The notes under the pieces: generated by a model
What the model saw: only the letters and a program-made list of their open reading frames with translations
Told to the model about the DNA's origin: nothing
Databases searched by the model: none
Position numbers and translations under genes: made by a program
Part shown: positions 34,780 to 44,119 of the stretch, in pieces
Position numbering within the stretch: position 1 is the stretch's first letter
Layout of the letters: every line of letters begins with the position of its first letter
DNA from: a virus
IMG/VR virus record: IMGVR_UViG_3300029479_000004
Coordinates: 1-59,532 of that record
Length of the DNA: 59,532 nt
Strand: one strand, 5' to 3'

Positions 34780-36188
34780 AGAATACACAGTATTTCCATG
34801 ACCTTGTAAAAGGCAGATACGGAAGAAAAATTGCATATGCTAACGTAGAACAGATTACGGCAGACAATATCGTGAATGTTGTCGGAAACTGCATTGGTGC
34901 ATTTTATTTCAACAAGACGATCATTCGTTATCTGTGGAACTACTACAAGGGCGATCAGCCTGTATTGTACCGAACAAAGGTACAGAATGCGGATATAACC
35001 AATAAGGTATCTGAAAACCATGCCTATGAGATTGTTCAATTCAAGGTTGGTCAGACTTACGGTGAGCCAATTCAGCTTATCAGTAGGAAAGACGATGAGC
35101 GTATAAACAATGCGGTTGATGAATTTAACGATTATCTGACCGATGCTAATAAGCAGGAAAAGGACATTAAGGCAGGAGAGTGGCAATCAGCAACCGGAAC
35201 GTCGTTTAAGGCAGTGCAGATTACAAAAAATGAAGATATGCCATTTAGAATTGTTGCACCGACACCAATGAATACGTTTGTTATCTACAGCCAATCCACA
35301 GAAGAACCACTTTTAGCAATCCAAGAGCTTAAGGATGCCGATGGACAGATGTATAAACTCTGCTACACGGACTCTTACGAATGCAAGATTGTAAATGGAA
35401 AGGTTCGAGATTGGAAACTGCATGGCTTTGGCGGAATCCCAATTGTTGAGTTTCCGAACAACCATGAGCGCATTTCTGATATTGAGCTTGTGATCGGGCT
35501 ATTGGATGCAATCAATACAATGCAGTCAAACCGAATGGATGGCGTTGAGCAGTTTGTTCAGTTTTGGATAAAGTTTGTAAATTGCGACATTGACCCGGAA
35601 ACCTTTGAAAAAATGAAGATTTCCCATGCGCTGACGGTAAAATCCAATAATGAGCAGAATAAATCAGATGTTGACATTATGACACAAGAGCTGAATCAAA
35701 CAGAGTGCCAAGTTGCAAAGGATGATTTGTGGGATAATGCACAGTCCATTCTTGCTATACCGACAAGAGAATCGCAAAATTCTGGTGGTGATACACAGGG
35801 GGCGGTATCTTTAAGGGCAGGATGGGACTTCTCTAAAACCAGGGCTAAACAAAAAGACCCGATAATAAAAACATCGGAAAAGAGATTGGCTAAAGTAATA
35901 TTAAACGTAATAAGAATTAAAGACCATGATTTAGGGCTTACGGCAAGAGATTTTGATGTTCAAATCAACCATAGTCCTCTTGATAATTTATATACAAAAA
36001 CGCAAGCACTCGATCAAATGTTAAAAGCTGGAATAAATCCAAGAATAGCAGTATCTACTTGTGGATTATGGGGAGATGCCGAAAAAGTATTTATACAATC
36101 AAAGCCATATTTCGATGTTTTGTATAAAACAGTAGATATGGTAAAAAAAGAAAATGAGAATACAAAAAAACAAGAACCGACAAGCTAA
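34776..36188 (+). CDS. portal protein (SPP1 gp6-like)
   Basis: 470 aa just downstream of terL. N-terminal ...RYLWNYYKGDQP... portal-type motif. Confidence 0.75.
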   Translation: MKNTQYFHDLVKGRYGRKIAYANVEQITADNIVNVVGNCIGAFYFNKTIIRYLWNYYKGDQPVLYRTKVQNADITNKVSENHAYEIVQFKVGQTYGEPIQLISRKDDERINNAVDEFNDYLTDANKQEKDIKAGEWQSATGTSFKAVQITKNEDMPFRIVAPTPMNTFVIYSQSTEEPLLAIQELKDADGQMYKLCYTDSYECKIVNGKVRDWKLHGFGGIPIVEFPNNHERISDIELVIGLLDAINTMQSNRMDGVEQFVQFWIKFVNCDIDPETFEKMKISHALTVKSNNEQNKSDVDIMTQELNQTECQVAKDDLWDNAQSILAIPTRESQNSGGDTQGAVSLRAGWDFSKTRAKQKDPIIKTSEKRLAKVILNVIRIKDHDLGLTARDFDVQINHSPLDNLYTKTQALDQMLKAGINPRIAVSTCGLWGDAEKVFIQSKPYFDVLYKTVDMVKKENENTKKQEPTS

Positions 36189-36352
36189 TTCCTATCGGTT
36201 CTTGTTTTTACATAATCAGTTAAAATACTAACCATGAGATTGTTAAGAGAGCGAATTTCTTCTTTTGCAATAATCTCAAGAGAAGATTTAAGCTTCTTTT
36301 CCATAACAATTGTAGTTTTAACTTTACTTTCTGAAATTTTTCCTTGCGGCAT
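36185..36352 (-). CDS. ribbon-helix-helix regulator (55 aa)
   Basis: MPQGKISESKVKTTIVMEKKLKSSLEIIAKEEIRSLNNLMVSILTDYV. AGAGGTGAT RBS. Its stop overlaps the portal stop. Confidence 0.55.
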   Translation of the reverse strand: MPQGKISESKVKTTIVMEKKLKSSLEIIAKEEIRSLNNLMVSILTDYVKTRTDRN

Positions 36353-36372
36353 ATTATCACCTCTTTTTGTGT

Positions 36373-36435
36373 AGTATAAATTACCATCAAGTAATTGTCA
36401 AGTAACTTGCAAGTTGCTAGCAACTATGATATAAT
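36373..36435. promoter_or_regulatory. back-to-back promoters with palindromic operator GTTGCTAGCAAC
   Basis: Minus strand: TTGACA (36401..36396)-17-TATACT (36378..36373). Plus strand: TTGCAA (36407..36412)-17-TATAAT (36430..36435). Palindrome 36413..36424 lies in the plus spacer. Confidence 0.7.
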
Positions 36436-36456
36436 ACATGTAAAGGAGATGATTAT

Positions 36457-37104
36457 ATGCCAGATAAGAAAATGGCAAGACATGTTACACATGGGTTGAC
36501 AGGTAAAAGAGTTTATAAAACTTGGGAAAGCATGAAAGCAAGGTGCTACAATCCTAATGATGGGAAGTATGAGAAATACGGTGGGAGAGGGATTAAAGTA
36601 TGCGAGGAATGGTTAGGGAAAGACGGGGCGAGGAACTTTGCGAAATGGGCTTACGAAAATGGTTTTGATGAAAATAAACACCAAAAAGAACAAAGTATTG
36701 ACCGGATAGATGTAAATGGTAATTATGAGCCAAATAATTGCAGATTTACAGATGCAAAAATCCAAGCTAATAATAGAACAAATACTATCTTTCTTGAATA
36801 TCAAGGAAAGACAAAATGCTTACAAGAATGGGCAGATGAAGTAGGAATATCAGAATCAACTATTCGTTGGAGATTGAATAACGGGTATTCAGCAGAAAAG
36901 GCACTGACTACCGAAGTAAAGAAAAATTCAAACGCAGGTAAGAGGTATTTGACATACAAAGGAGAAACAAAAACAGTTTCTGAATGGGCGAAGCATCTAG
37001 GATTTGACCCTAAAGTATTATATTCAAGAATAAAACGAGGGTGGTCAACAGAAAGAGCTTTAGAAACCCCAACTGGTGCCGACAAGTGGCATAAAACAAA
37101 ATAA
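36457..37104 (+). CDS. HNH-derived (IDRID-type) homing-endonuclease-like protein, paralog of 6825..7547
   Basis: YKTWESMKARCYNP...YGGRGIKVCEEW...SIDRIDVNGNYEPNNCRF. Two C-terminal HTH-like repeats. Confidence 0.45.
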   Translation: MPDKKMARHVTHGLTGKRVYKTWESMKARCYNPNDGKYEKYGGRGIKVCEEWLGKDGARNFAKWAYENGFDENKHQKEQSIDRIDVNGNYEPNNCRFTDAKIQANNRTNTIFLEYQGKTKCLQEWADEVGISESTIRWRLNNGYSAEKALTTEVKKNSNAGKRYLTYKGETKTVSEWAKHLGFDPKVLYSRIKRGWSTERALETPTGADKWHKTK

Positions 37105-37120
37105 TAAATTTGAAGATAAG

Positions 37121-37155
37121 ACAGTCACCGAATAATCGGCGGCTGTTTTTATTTT
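37121..37155 (+). terminator. rho-independent terminator
   Basis: ACAGTCACCGA...TCGGCGGCTGT followed by TTTTATTTT. Confidence 0.65.
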
Positions 37156-37240
37156 ATAAATTTTGCACCTATGCGTGAAATAGGAGAAATCACAAGTTGA
37201 GCAACCAACGTAAAAAAGCGTAGTGAATCGGAGGTAATTT

Positions 37241-37816
37241 ATGACAAGGGAACAGGCAAAACAAAATCTTATCGCTATCGGAGTGGCAGAGCCTACGGAT
37301 GAACAGGTAAGCAATTATCTGAATCAAGTCAATGGCGAAACAAAGAAAGAGAAAGACAGAGCCGATGGCTACAAGGCTAAAGCTGACACAGCAGATGGTT
37401 TACAGAAACAGCTTGACGAATTGCAGGCTGGAAATCTGACAGAGCTTGAAAAGGCAAATAAGGCATTAGACACAGCTAATCAGCAGATCGCAGAATTGCA
37501 GAAAAATAATGCTATTAGAGATTTGCGCGAAAAAGCTATGACCGATTTCAAAGTAACCGCAGAACAGGCAAAAGCAATTGTAAAAGAAGATGGCAGCTTT
37601 GATACAGCCGAACTTGGAAAGATTATGTCCGAAAAAGAGACCGCTGCAGCACAAGCCAAGGAACAGGAGATTGCAAAAGGCAGTACAAATCCGGGCGGTG
37701 GCACGGCTGGCGGCAATAAAGATAACGAAAAGACAGCGGATGTTGAAAATGCTGAAAAGATTACTTTTGGAAGCAATTCAGCTACCGCAGAAGCAAAAAA
37801 TCATTATGTAATTTAG
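37241..37816 (+). CDS. scaffolding protein
   Basis: 191 aa, coiled-coil and charged. Lies between the portal and capsid genes. Confidence 0.6.
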   Translation: MTREQAKQNLIAIGVAEPTDEQVSNYLNQVNGETKKEKDRADGYKAKADTADGLQKQLDELQAGNLTELEKANKALDTANQQIAELQKNNAIRDLREKAMTDFKVTAEQAKAIVKEDGSFDTAELGKIMSEKETAAAQAKEQEIAKGSTNPGGGTAGGNKDNEKTADVENAEKITFGSNSATAEAKNHYVI

Positions 37817-37828
37817 GAGGTAAAAATC

Positions 37829-38158
37829 ATGGGTAAGCCTATTGAAAGAGATTTTACTCAAGAACTTGGTATTTTAAAACATTTCCCTTATCTGGGAGCC
37901 GCTTGTATTGTTCCACAGACAATGGTAACAAGCGCAGATGCAAACGGAAGAAAGATCGTAAAAGGTGGAACACCATTCCCATCCAACGATGAAAGCTGTG
38001 TCGGTTATCTGCTTAATGATGTTGACGTAACGATGGGTGATGCACCGGGAACTTACGTTTACGCGGGCGATATCGACAATGCGAAACTTACAAAGAACGG
38101 AGTAACTGTTGAGGAAACGGCAAAAGCCAAAACCCCAAGAGTTACTTTTTTTGATTAA
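37829..38158 (+). CDS. head decoration protein (lambda gpD-position)
   Basis: 109 aa immediately upstream of the E-type major capsid gene. Confidence 0.4.
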   Translation: MGKPIERDFTQELGILKHFPYLGAACIVPQTMVTSADANGRKIVKGGTPFPSNDESCVGYLLNDVDVTMGDAPGTYVYAGDIDNAKLTKNGVTVEETAKAKTPRVTFFD

Positions 38159-38175
38159 AGAAAGAGGTGTAAATT

Positions 38176-39267
38176 ATGGCATTACCATTAGCAGAAGCAT
38201 TTACCGCAAGAAGTCTCGGTGTAATGTGGAATAACTATGAAAAGACTTTAGGTTCTCAACCTTATCTCGGCAGACAGAAATTTGGTACAAGAAAGCAGGA
38301 GAGCCTTGACCTTAGATTTATTAAGGGAAAGAGCGGTCTTCCGGTTTCACTGAAAGCATCTAACTTTGATGCACAGGCAGAGTTGAGAGATGTTGGCGGT
38401 TTCTCTGATATCCAAAACGAGATGCCTTTCTATCGTGAGTCCTACATGGTAACAGAGAGAGAGGAGCAGGAATACGACAATTACAGAAATGCAGAGAACA
38501 CTTCTCTTGCAAATGATGTACTTCGTGAGATCAGCAAAAAGCCTATGATGCTGATCGAGGGCGCGAGAGTCGTACCAGAGAGACAGATTTGGAGCTTGCT
38601 TGCACCGGCTGACGGTGTACCGAAGATTGATGTAAATATCGGAAAGAAGAAGTACACAGTCGAGTACACCTCAGATGCTGGCGAAGCACACAAGAAAGAT
38701 CACTTTGTTGAGATTTCAGGTGAAGCCGATAAGTGGAACGTTCCGGCAACGGCAACACCGCTTGATGATCTTATAGAGACAAGACGTAACTTTGCTAAGA
38801 AAACCGGATATTCTCTTACAAGATTCAGTATGAACACAGAGACATGGGAAATGGTATTAAAGGCAGAGGATACAAAGAAACAGGTTCTCGGTATTACTGC
38901 ATACACAGGCGGTATTCGTTTACAGCAGTCGCAGGTAACTGAATATCTGCGCGGCTACGGAATTGAGATCGAGGTATACGATAAGTTATACGTTGATCCG
39001 GCTGACGGTCAGACAAAATACTTTATTCCAACAGGAATTGTATCTTGTCAGTGTGCCGGAGTTTATCTTGGTGACTATGTATTCGGAAAGACACCGGAAG
39101 AGAGAAGCGGAAGTCTTACAGACGGAAACCTTTCTATCGTAGAAACCGGAATTGCGGTTTACACATATGCTACAAACCATCCAATCAATACTCACTGCGT
39201 AGTATCCATGATCGGACTTCCAACATTTGAGGGAATGGACAGCGTTGTTGTAATGAAAGTTATGTAG
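38176..39267 (+). CDS. major capsid protein (lambda gpE-like family)
   Basis: 363 aa. The position and the N-terminal ...LGSQPYLGRQKFGTRKQESLDLRFIKG... pattern fit major capsid protein E. Confidence 0.65.
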   Translation: MALPLAEAFTARSLGVMWNNYEKTLGSQPYLGRQKFGTRKQESLDLRFIKGKSGLPVSLKASNFDAQAELRDVGGFSDIQNEMPFYRESYMVTEREEQEYDNYRNAENTSLANDVLREISKKPMMLIEGARVVPERQIWSLLAPADGVPKIDVNIGKKKYTVEYTSDAGEAHKKDHFVEISGEADKWNVPATATPLDDLIETRRNFAKKTGYSLTRFSMNTETWEMVLKAEDTKKQVLGITAYTGGIRLQQSQVTEYLRGYGIEIEVYDKLYVDPADGQTKYFIPTGIVSCQCAGVYLGDYVFGKTPEERSGSLTDGNLSIVETGIAVYTYATNHPINTHCVVSMIGLPTFEGMDSVVVMKVM

Positions 39268-39280
39268 GAGGTGATCCAGC

Positions 39281-39508
39281 GTGGTAGCAACACACACAAT
39301 TAAATGTGGTGGAAAATGGTACAAGGCAGGAGAAAAAATGCCGGAGAGTAATTCTCCGGTATCTTCCGTTGGGTATACAAAGACCGAAATTAACAGAATG
39401 AGTACCGCAGACTTGCAAAAACTTGCCGCAGAGCAGGGAATTGAAAACGCACAAGCGACAAGCGGTGCGGAACTGAAAGAAATTCTGATTGCAAAATTTA
39501 ATCTGTAG
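39281..39508 (+). CDS. small protein with Rho-N/SAP-like motif
   Basis: STADLQKLAAEQGIENAQATSGAELKEILIAKF. GTG start after GGAGGTGA. Confidence 0.4.
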   Translation: MVATHTIKCGGKWYKAGEKMPESNSPVSSVGYTKTEINRMSTADLQKLAAEQGIENAQATSGAELKEILIAKFNL

Positions 39509-39518
39509 GAGATCGCTT

Positions 39519-39899
39519 ATGTCATACACACTTGTCGAACAGGTAAAAATTCGTTTAAAACAATTTCATATAGAAGAGGTAGAGGACGAAACAACCGGGG
39601 AAAAGTCCGATAAAGTTGTGTTTGATGAAAAAGAATGTAACCCTTTGATTGAACAGCTTTTAGAACAGGCAAGAAAAGAGATTATCAGCAGACGGAACTA
39701 TCCGGACACATACACGCAAGACCAGATTGACAGTGATGTTAAGAACTATGAAAACATTATGGTTAATTTGGCAGTGTACGACCGGTCGCAGGCAGGAGAA
39801 GCATACATGGCAAGTTTCTCCGAAAACGGTGTGAGCCGTACATGGAAAGACCGTGAAAGCCTTTTTGTCGGAGTGTTTCCGTTCGTAAAAGCAATGTAA
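39519..39899 (+). CDS. head-tail connector (gp6-like) protein
   Basis: 126 aa. Position and the N-terminal ...VEQVKIRLKQ... pattern. Confidence 0.45.
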   Translation: MSYTLVEQVKIRLKQFHIEEVEDETTGEKSDKVVFDEKECNPLIEQLLEQARKEIISRRNYPDTYTQDQIDSDVKNYENIMVNLAVYDRSQAGEAYMASFSENGVSRTWKDRESLFVGVFPFVKAM

Positions 39900-39999
39900 T
39901 TAAAGAAGATTGAGCGTGACCATATTGCCGATGTCGGTAAAATGGTTGCAGGCGGCGCACATTAAGCGGTGGTGGGCAGTGCGCAAAAAGGAGATTCAA

Positions 40000-40329
40000 A
40001 TGAAAAGTATTTTGATTCAAACTTATCTTGTGGCACTTCCGATAGTGCTTGGATATATAGTTTGGCTTCTTAAACAACAAAAGAAAAGCAGGGATGCGAA
40101 CAGCAAAGGAACAATGCTCCTTTTGCGTGTCCAGCTTATTGAATACCATGCAAAGTACACCAGAATCGGAGAAATACCGTCATATGCCTATCAGAACTTC
40201 TGTGAGATGTATGATGCGTATCATGCGTTAGGTGGAAATGGAATGGTTACGAAAATGAAACATGAAATTGAAGAGATTCATATAGGGAAAGGAGATAAGA
40301 GCCATGAGGAATTGGAAGGATTGGACTAA
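40000..40329 (+). CDS. N-terminally membrane-anchored protein (possible holin partner)
   Basis: MKSILIQTYLVALPIVLGYIVWLL TM segment. AAAGGAG RBS. Confidence 0.4.
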   Translation: MKSILIQTYLVALPIVLGYIVWLLKQQKKSRDANSKGTMLLLRVQLIEYHAKYTRIGEIPSYAYQNFCEMYDAYHALGGNGMVTKMKHEIEEIHIGKGDKSHEELEGLD

Positions 40330-40507
40330 GAAAGCCGGAATCCGAGCAATCAAGACTGTTGCACAAGCGGCGATTGCCGGAATTGGAACGGCGGCATTTA
40401 TGGGCGCGGTGGATTGGAAATATGTTCTTTCTGCATCAGTACTTGCCGGAGTGTTATCACTTCTGACGAGTGTTGCCGGAATCCCGGAGGAAAACACCAA
40501 TGCTTGA
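40304..40507 (+). CDS. holin-like protein
   Basis: 67 aa. AGIRAIKTVAQAAIAGIGTAAFMGAVDWKYVLSASVLAGVLSLLTSVAGIPEE resembles LL-H-type holins. Confidence 0.55.
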   Translation: MRNWKDWTKKAGIRAIKTVAQAAIAGIGTAAFMGAVDWKYVLSASVLAGVLSLLTSVAGIPEENTNA

Positions 40508-40958
40508 CATTAACAAGCAGAAAATGAAGTATTCGCAATCCGGTCAGAGGGTATTCATCCCACAAACTGACGAAAATGGAGATATTTTCTATGAAGGGTA
40601 CAAGGATTCCGATGGGAACTTTGTACCTTATTTAGATTCCGAAGGTAACAAGATTCCAAAGGGCGAGGAAGTTGAAGGGTTTTCAGAACCTACGACATTC
40701 CAAGCCAATATCAGCAATAAGCTGTCAGAAGCCCTTGTGAAAGAATTTGGAATTGATGATAGTACATCATACTGTCAGCTTGTCACGGATAAAGGATATT
40801 TACCACTGAAAGCCGGTGACGTTGTGTGGAAACGTTCAGAAGTAAAACGCACTGATGATGGACTTGTGGATTCAGAAACCGCAGATTATATCGTAAAAGG
40901 CGTCGCTGACGAAGGACTGACCACGGATTTATTTCTTCTTCGAAAGAATATTAAGTAG
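40500..40958 (+). CDS. head closure/head-tail adaptor candidate
   Basis: Called from its position in the head-tail joining block only. Confidence 0.3.
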   Translation: MLDINKQKMKYSQSGQRVFIPQTDENGDIFYEGYKDSDGNFVPYLDSEGNKIPKGEEVEGFSEPTTFQANISNKLSEALVKEFGIDDSTSYCQLVTDKGYLPLKAGDVVWKRSEVKRTDDGLVDSETADYIVKGVADEGLTTDLFLLRKNIK

Positions 40959-40966
40959 GTGATTGT

Positions 40967-41509
40967 ATGAAAAAGAAACCTATTTCAATGACACTATCCA
41001 CTAAGTCCATACAAGACGCTATAAAGAAATTAGAACAGTACCGCGATAGTTTACAGGCTAAATGCGATTTACTTGTTTCTAGGCTTGCACAGATAGGTCA
41101 GACGGTGGCAATACGACACATATCGGAATCTCCAATAGGGAACACGATAACGGTAAGGGTTGATAAATCACCACAGCTAATGACCTCGAACGCGATTCTG
41201 ATTGCAACCGGAAAAACGGTAACGTCAGAAGATAGAGAACCGTTCTATACTTTGTTGGCTGTGGAGTTTGGAGCAGGAATTTTTTACAATTCCGAAGAGA
41301 ATCCAAAAGCACCGGAACTTGGATTCGGTGTCGGCACGTATCCGGGGCAAATACACGCTTTTGAAGATGGTTGGTACTATTGGGACGATAAGACCGAAAC
41401 ATGGCGTTATACCCACGGTATCAAAGCCACAATGCCTATGTACAACGCGGAACAACAGATTATACAACAGTATGTAAAGATTGCAAGGGAGGTATTTGGT
41501 GGAAAATGA
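40967..41509 (+). CDS. tail-completion/neck protein candidate
   Basis: Called from position only. Confidence 0.3.
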   Translation: MKKKPISMTLSTKSIQDAIKKLEQYRDSLQAKCDLLVSRLAQIGQTVAIRHISESPIGNTITVRVDKSPQLMTSNAILIATGKTVTSEDREPFYTLLAVEFGAGIFYNSEENPKAPELGFGVGTYPGQIHAFEDGWYYWDDKTETWRYTHGIKATMPMYNAEQQIIQQYVKIAREVFGGK

Positions 41510-41909
41510 GTTAAACAGTTGGGCACTTGATTTTGAAGATACCTTATGTTCCCTTTTGAAATCGTACATGGAAAGCAAGGTAAGAGGAATTAAAGTGACG
41601 CAAGATGAAGAATCGGGTGGCACCGCAATATTCCCGACACTTTTAGTCAGACAAATCGGTGGCACAGAAGCCGGACGAACGAATGAAGCAAAGACAATCA
41701 ACGCAATTCGCCCAACATTTCAAATCACAATTACAAACAAAGGTTCAAGAAAGGCAACTAAGGACATCGCAGCATATGCGGTGTCTTTTTTTAAACAACA
41801 AATGTTTGAGGTATCAAATGTAATTCAAACAATTTCCAAGCAAGTGCGAACGGTTACATTCCGCGCAACTCGCGTAATTGGAAACATTGAGCATTTAGAT
41901 CAGCTATAA
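41499..41909 (+). CDS. tail terminator candidate
   Basis: GTG start after GGGAGG. Lies upstream of the major tail gene. Confidence 0.3.
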   Translation: MENELNSWALDFEDTLCSLLKSYMESKVRGIKVTQDEESGGTAIFPTLLVRQIGGTEAGRTNEAKTINAIRPTFQITITNKGSRKATKDIAAYAVSFFKQQMFEVSNVIQTISKQVRTVTFRATRVIGNIEHLDQL

Positions 41910-41929
41910 GCAGAAAGGAAGTAGAAAAT

Positions 41930-42415
41930 ATGGCATCAACAAGTTATAAAACGCGTGTCATTGTAAAAGAGCACACGGAAAAACAGGCCGATTTTGCAGG
42001 AACATACAATCTTTTGGTTGCGGCTAAGTCAGTTCCAAGCCCTGCATCACCGCCAAACACAGTTGAGTCAACCACGATGGAAGATGACCAGCAGACCTTT
42101 GAAAAAGGAATTAAGACTTCTGATTCAAGAGAAATCACAGGAAACCTTGAAAAAGAATATCTTTCAAAGGTGGATGGATATGGAGATAAAAAACTTGATA
42201 TTATCCATCTGTACGGAACTGACGGTATTGGTGGCGTAGCGAAGTACGCATATGTAGGAACTGCAACAGCAACACCTAACGATGTAGGTGGAAACGATGA
42301 AATCCTTGAAATGACGGTAACAGTTATTCCAAGTACAGCATCAGAGCTTGTTACAGATAAGCTGACTGTCGTTGATAACAACGATGGCACATTTACCGTA
42401 ACAGTGGTGGGGTAA
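41930..42415 (+). CDS. major tail protein
   Basis: 161 aa, Thr/Val-rich beta protein. Immediately precedes the chaperone pair and the tape measure. Confidence 0.6.
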   Translation: MASTSYKTRVIVKEHTEKQADFAGTYNLLVAAKSVPSPASPPNTVESTTMEDDQQTFEKGIKTSDSREITGNLEKEYLSKVDGYGDKKLDIIHLYGTDGIGGVAKYAYVGTATATPNDVGGNDEILEMTVTVIPSTASELVTDKLTVVDNNDGTFTVTVVG

Positions 42416-42558
42416 AAAGCCTATCGGACGAGCAATCGACCGCACCGGTAGGCGAGGATGAACGGTCGATCGCAGAACTTGAAGCAATAAGATAAGCAAC
42501 AATGGGGCGGTGGCAATACTGCCCCTTGCCAATATAGGGCAGAAAGGCAAGGTAAAAC

Positions 42559-42975
42559 ATGAAAGTTAAATTAGGTGGAAAAGAATATACAATTCAGTTT
42601 GCAACAAGACCATCGTTAAAATCACATATCTTACAGGATATTATGAAGACACAGGACATGGAAGATATTTCCTCTATGGAAGATATTCTTCTTGAAACGC
42701 TTCCTAAGACACTTCTTGTGGGATTGCAGATGCATCACAATGAAGAATTTGGATATGATTACAAAACAAACAAGGGCTACGATGAGCAGCTTGAGAAGGT
42801 GTCCGACATTCTCTACGATGCGATTGATACAAACGAGATTAACTGCATGGATTTATTTGCTGATATGCAGGAGGAAATGATGACAAACGGTTTTTTAGCA
42901 CAGATGATGGAGTCATTGGAGAGAGCACAGAAAGCGGAGAAAAAGACTCCATCCAAGGCAAAGACCAAGAATTAA
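42559..42975 (+). CDS. tail assembly chaperone (G-like)
   Basis: 138 aa. Lies between the major tail and tape measure genes. Confidence 0.6.
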   Translation: MKVKLGGKEYTIQFATRPSLKSHILQDIMKTQDMEDISSMEDILLETLPKTLLVGLQMHHNEEFGYDYKTNKGYDEQLEKVSDILYDAIDTNEINCMDLFADMQEEMMTNGFLAQMMESLERAQKAEKKTPSKAKTKN

Positions 42976-43355
42976 CATGGGAATATTACGTTGCGGAAAT
43001 CCGTCCGTTTTACCTTATGGTAACGAAAGGCTACGGATTTTCCGTTGATGATATAGATATGATGAATCCAGAGTTGCTTAAGCCTTATGTGGATGCGTAT
43101 AAGGCAGAATGGAAGCAACGCGACATGGAAATGTATATGTGGTTCGGCAGATATGCAACGTCAGCACTTGTGACCGCAATAGACGCGACATTCGGAAAGG
43201 GTAATAGTAAGTACGTGAAAGAAACTTGCTATGATTCCATTGAAAAGCAGAATACGGACGATCCAGATGCAGAGATACGAGAAATGCTTAAGGCAGAAGA
43301 AGAATGGGCGGCTAAATCAAGACAATCACATTTACCAAAACCAAAGATAGTTTAA
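42559..43355 (+). CDS. tail assembly chaperone -1 frameshift product (GT-like)
   Basis: Slippery T_TTT_TTA at 42891..42897 in the zero frame. The -1 frame is open from 42864 to 43355. Confidence 0.55.
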
Positions 43356-43371
43356 GAAAAGAGGTATTGCT

Positions 43372-44058
43372 ATGGCAGTAATTATTGGAAGTGCGCGGCA
43401 AGATGAACGCGGTCGTTATTCTGGTGGAAAAGCCGGAGACCAAACCGGAAAGGAAGTTTCAACACAGAATTTTTACAACCATTCCAAAGGTTGGAATGTG
43501 TTAAGGGCGAAAGATAATAAGGTTGCGGAAAAGTTAGCTGAAGCTATGAAGATTGCGTGTGGCAATAACAATATTGGTTATGACCAATCAGAGCGTTACG
43601 GAGTCATTAAGCATGGCATTAACACAAAGGTCAAGACGGAATGCGACTGCTCATCACTTGTTCGTGCTTGTATTATCTATGCATCCGGCAAGGATGTGGG
43701 AGATTTTAATACATCCAATGAACGACCGGTAATTTTGAAATCCGGTTTGTTTGATGATATGGGTTCTTATCATGCCGGGTTTATTCTTCGCAACGGAGAT
43801 ATTCTTGTGACACGCATAAAAGGGCACACAGTTATTGTTGTAAGCGGCGCGAAGAAAAGCAAAGCCAAGTATTATCCGAAGTATAAGGGAAACTCAAACT
43901 CAATCGTTGAAGCGTTAAAAGCGGTTGGGGAAGATGATGTGTCGAAAGAACATCGTGCGGAAATCGCAAAAAAGAACGGATTTTCCAATTTTAAGTTTAC
44001 ATCAGAGGAAAATTCAAAGATGCTTTCTCTTCTGAAAAAGGGAAAACTGAAAAAGTAA
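43372..44058 (+). CDS. peptidoglycan hydrolase (Cys-type amidase/peptidase-like), candidate endolysin
   Basis: GYDQSERY and ECDCSSLV motifs. C-terminal ...IVEALKAVGEDDVSKEHRAEIAKKNGF... wall-binding-like segment. Confidence 0.5.
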   Translation: MAVIIGSARQDERGRYSGGKAGDQTGKEVSTQNFYNHSKGWNVLRAKDNKVAEKLAEAMKIACGNNNIGYDQSERYGVIKHGINTKVKTECDCSSLVRACIIYASGKDVGDFNTSNERPVILKSGLFDDMGSYHAGFILRNGDILVTRIKGHTVIVVSGAKKSKAKYYPKYKGNSNSIVEALKAVGEDDVSKEHRAEIAKKNGFSNFKFTSEENSKMLSLLKKGKLKK

Positions 44059-44119
44059 TTCAAGGGCGGTAAGGGTCAAATCTTACCGTCTTTTTCTTAT
44101 GTAGAAAGTTGGTGGATAA

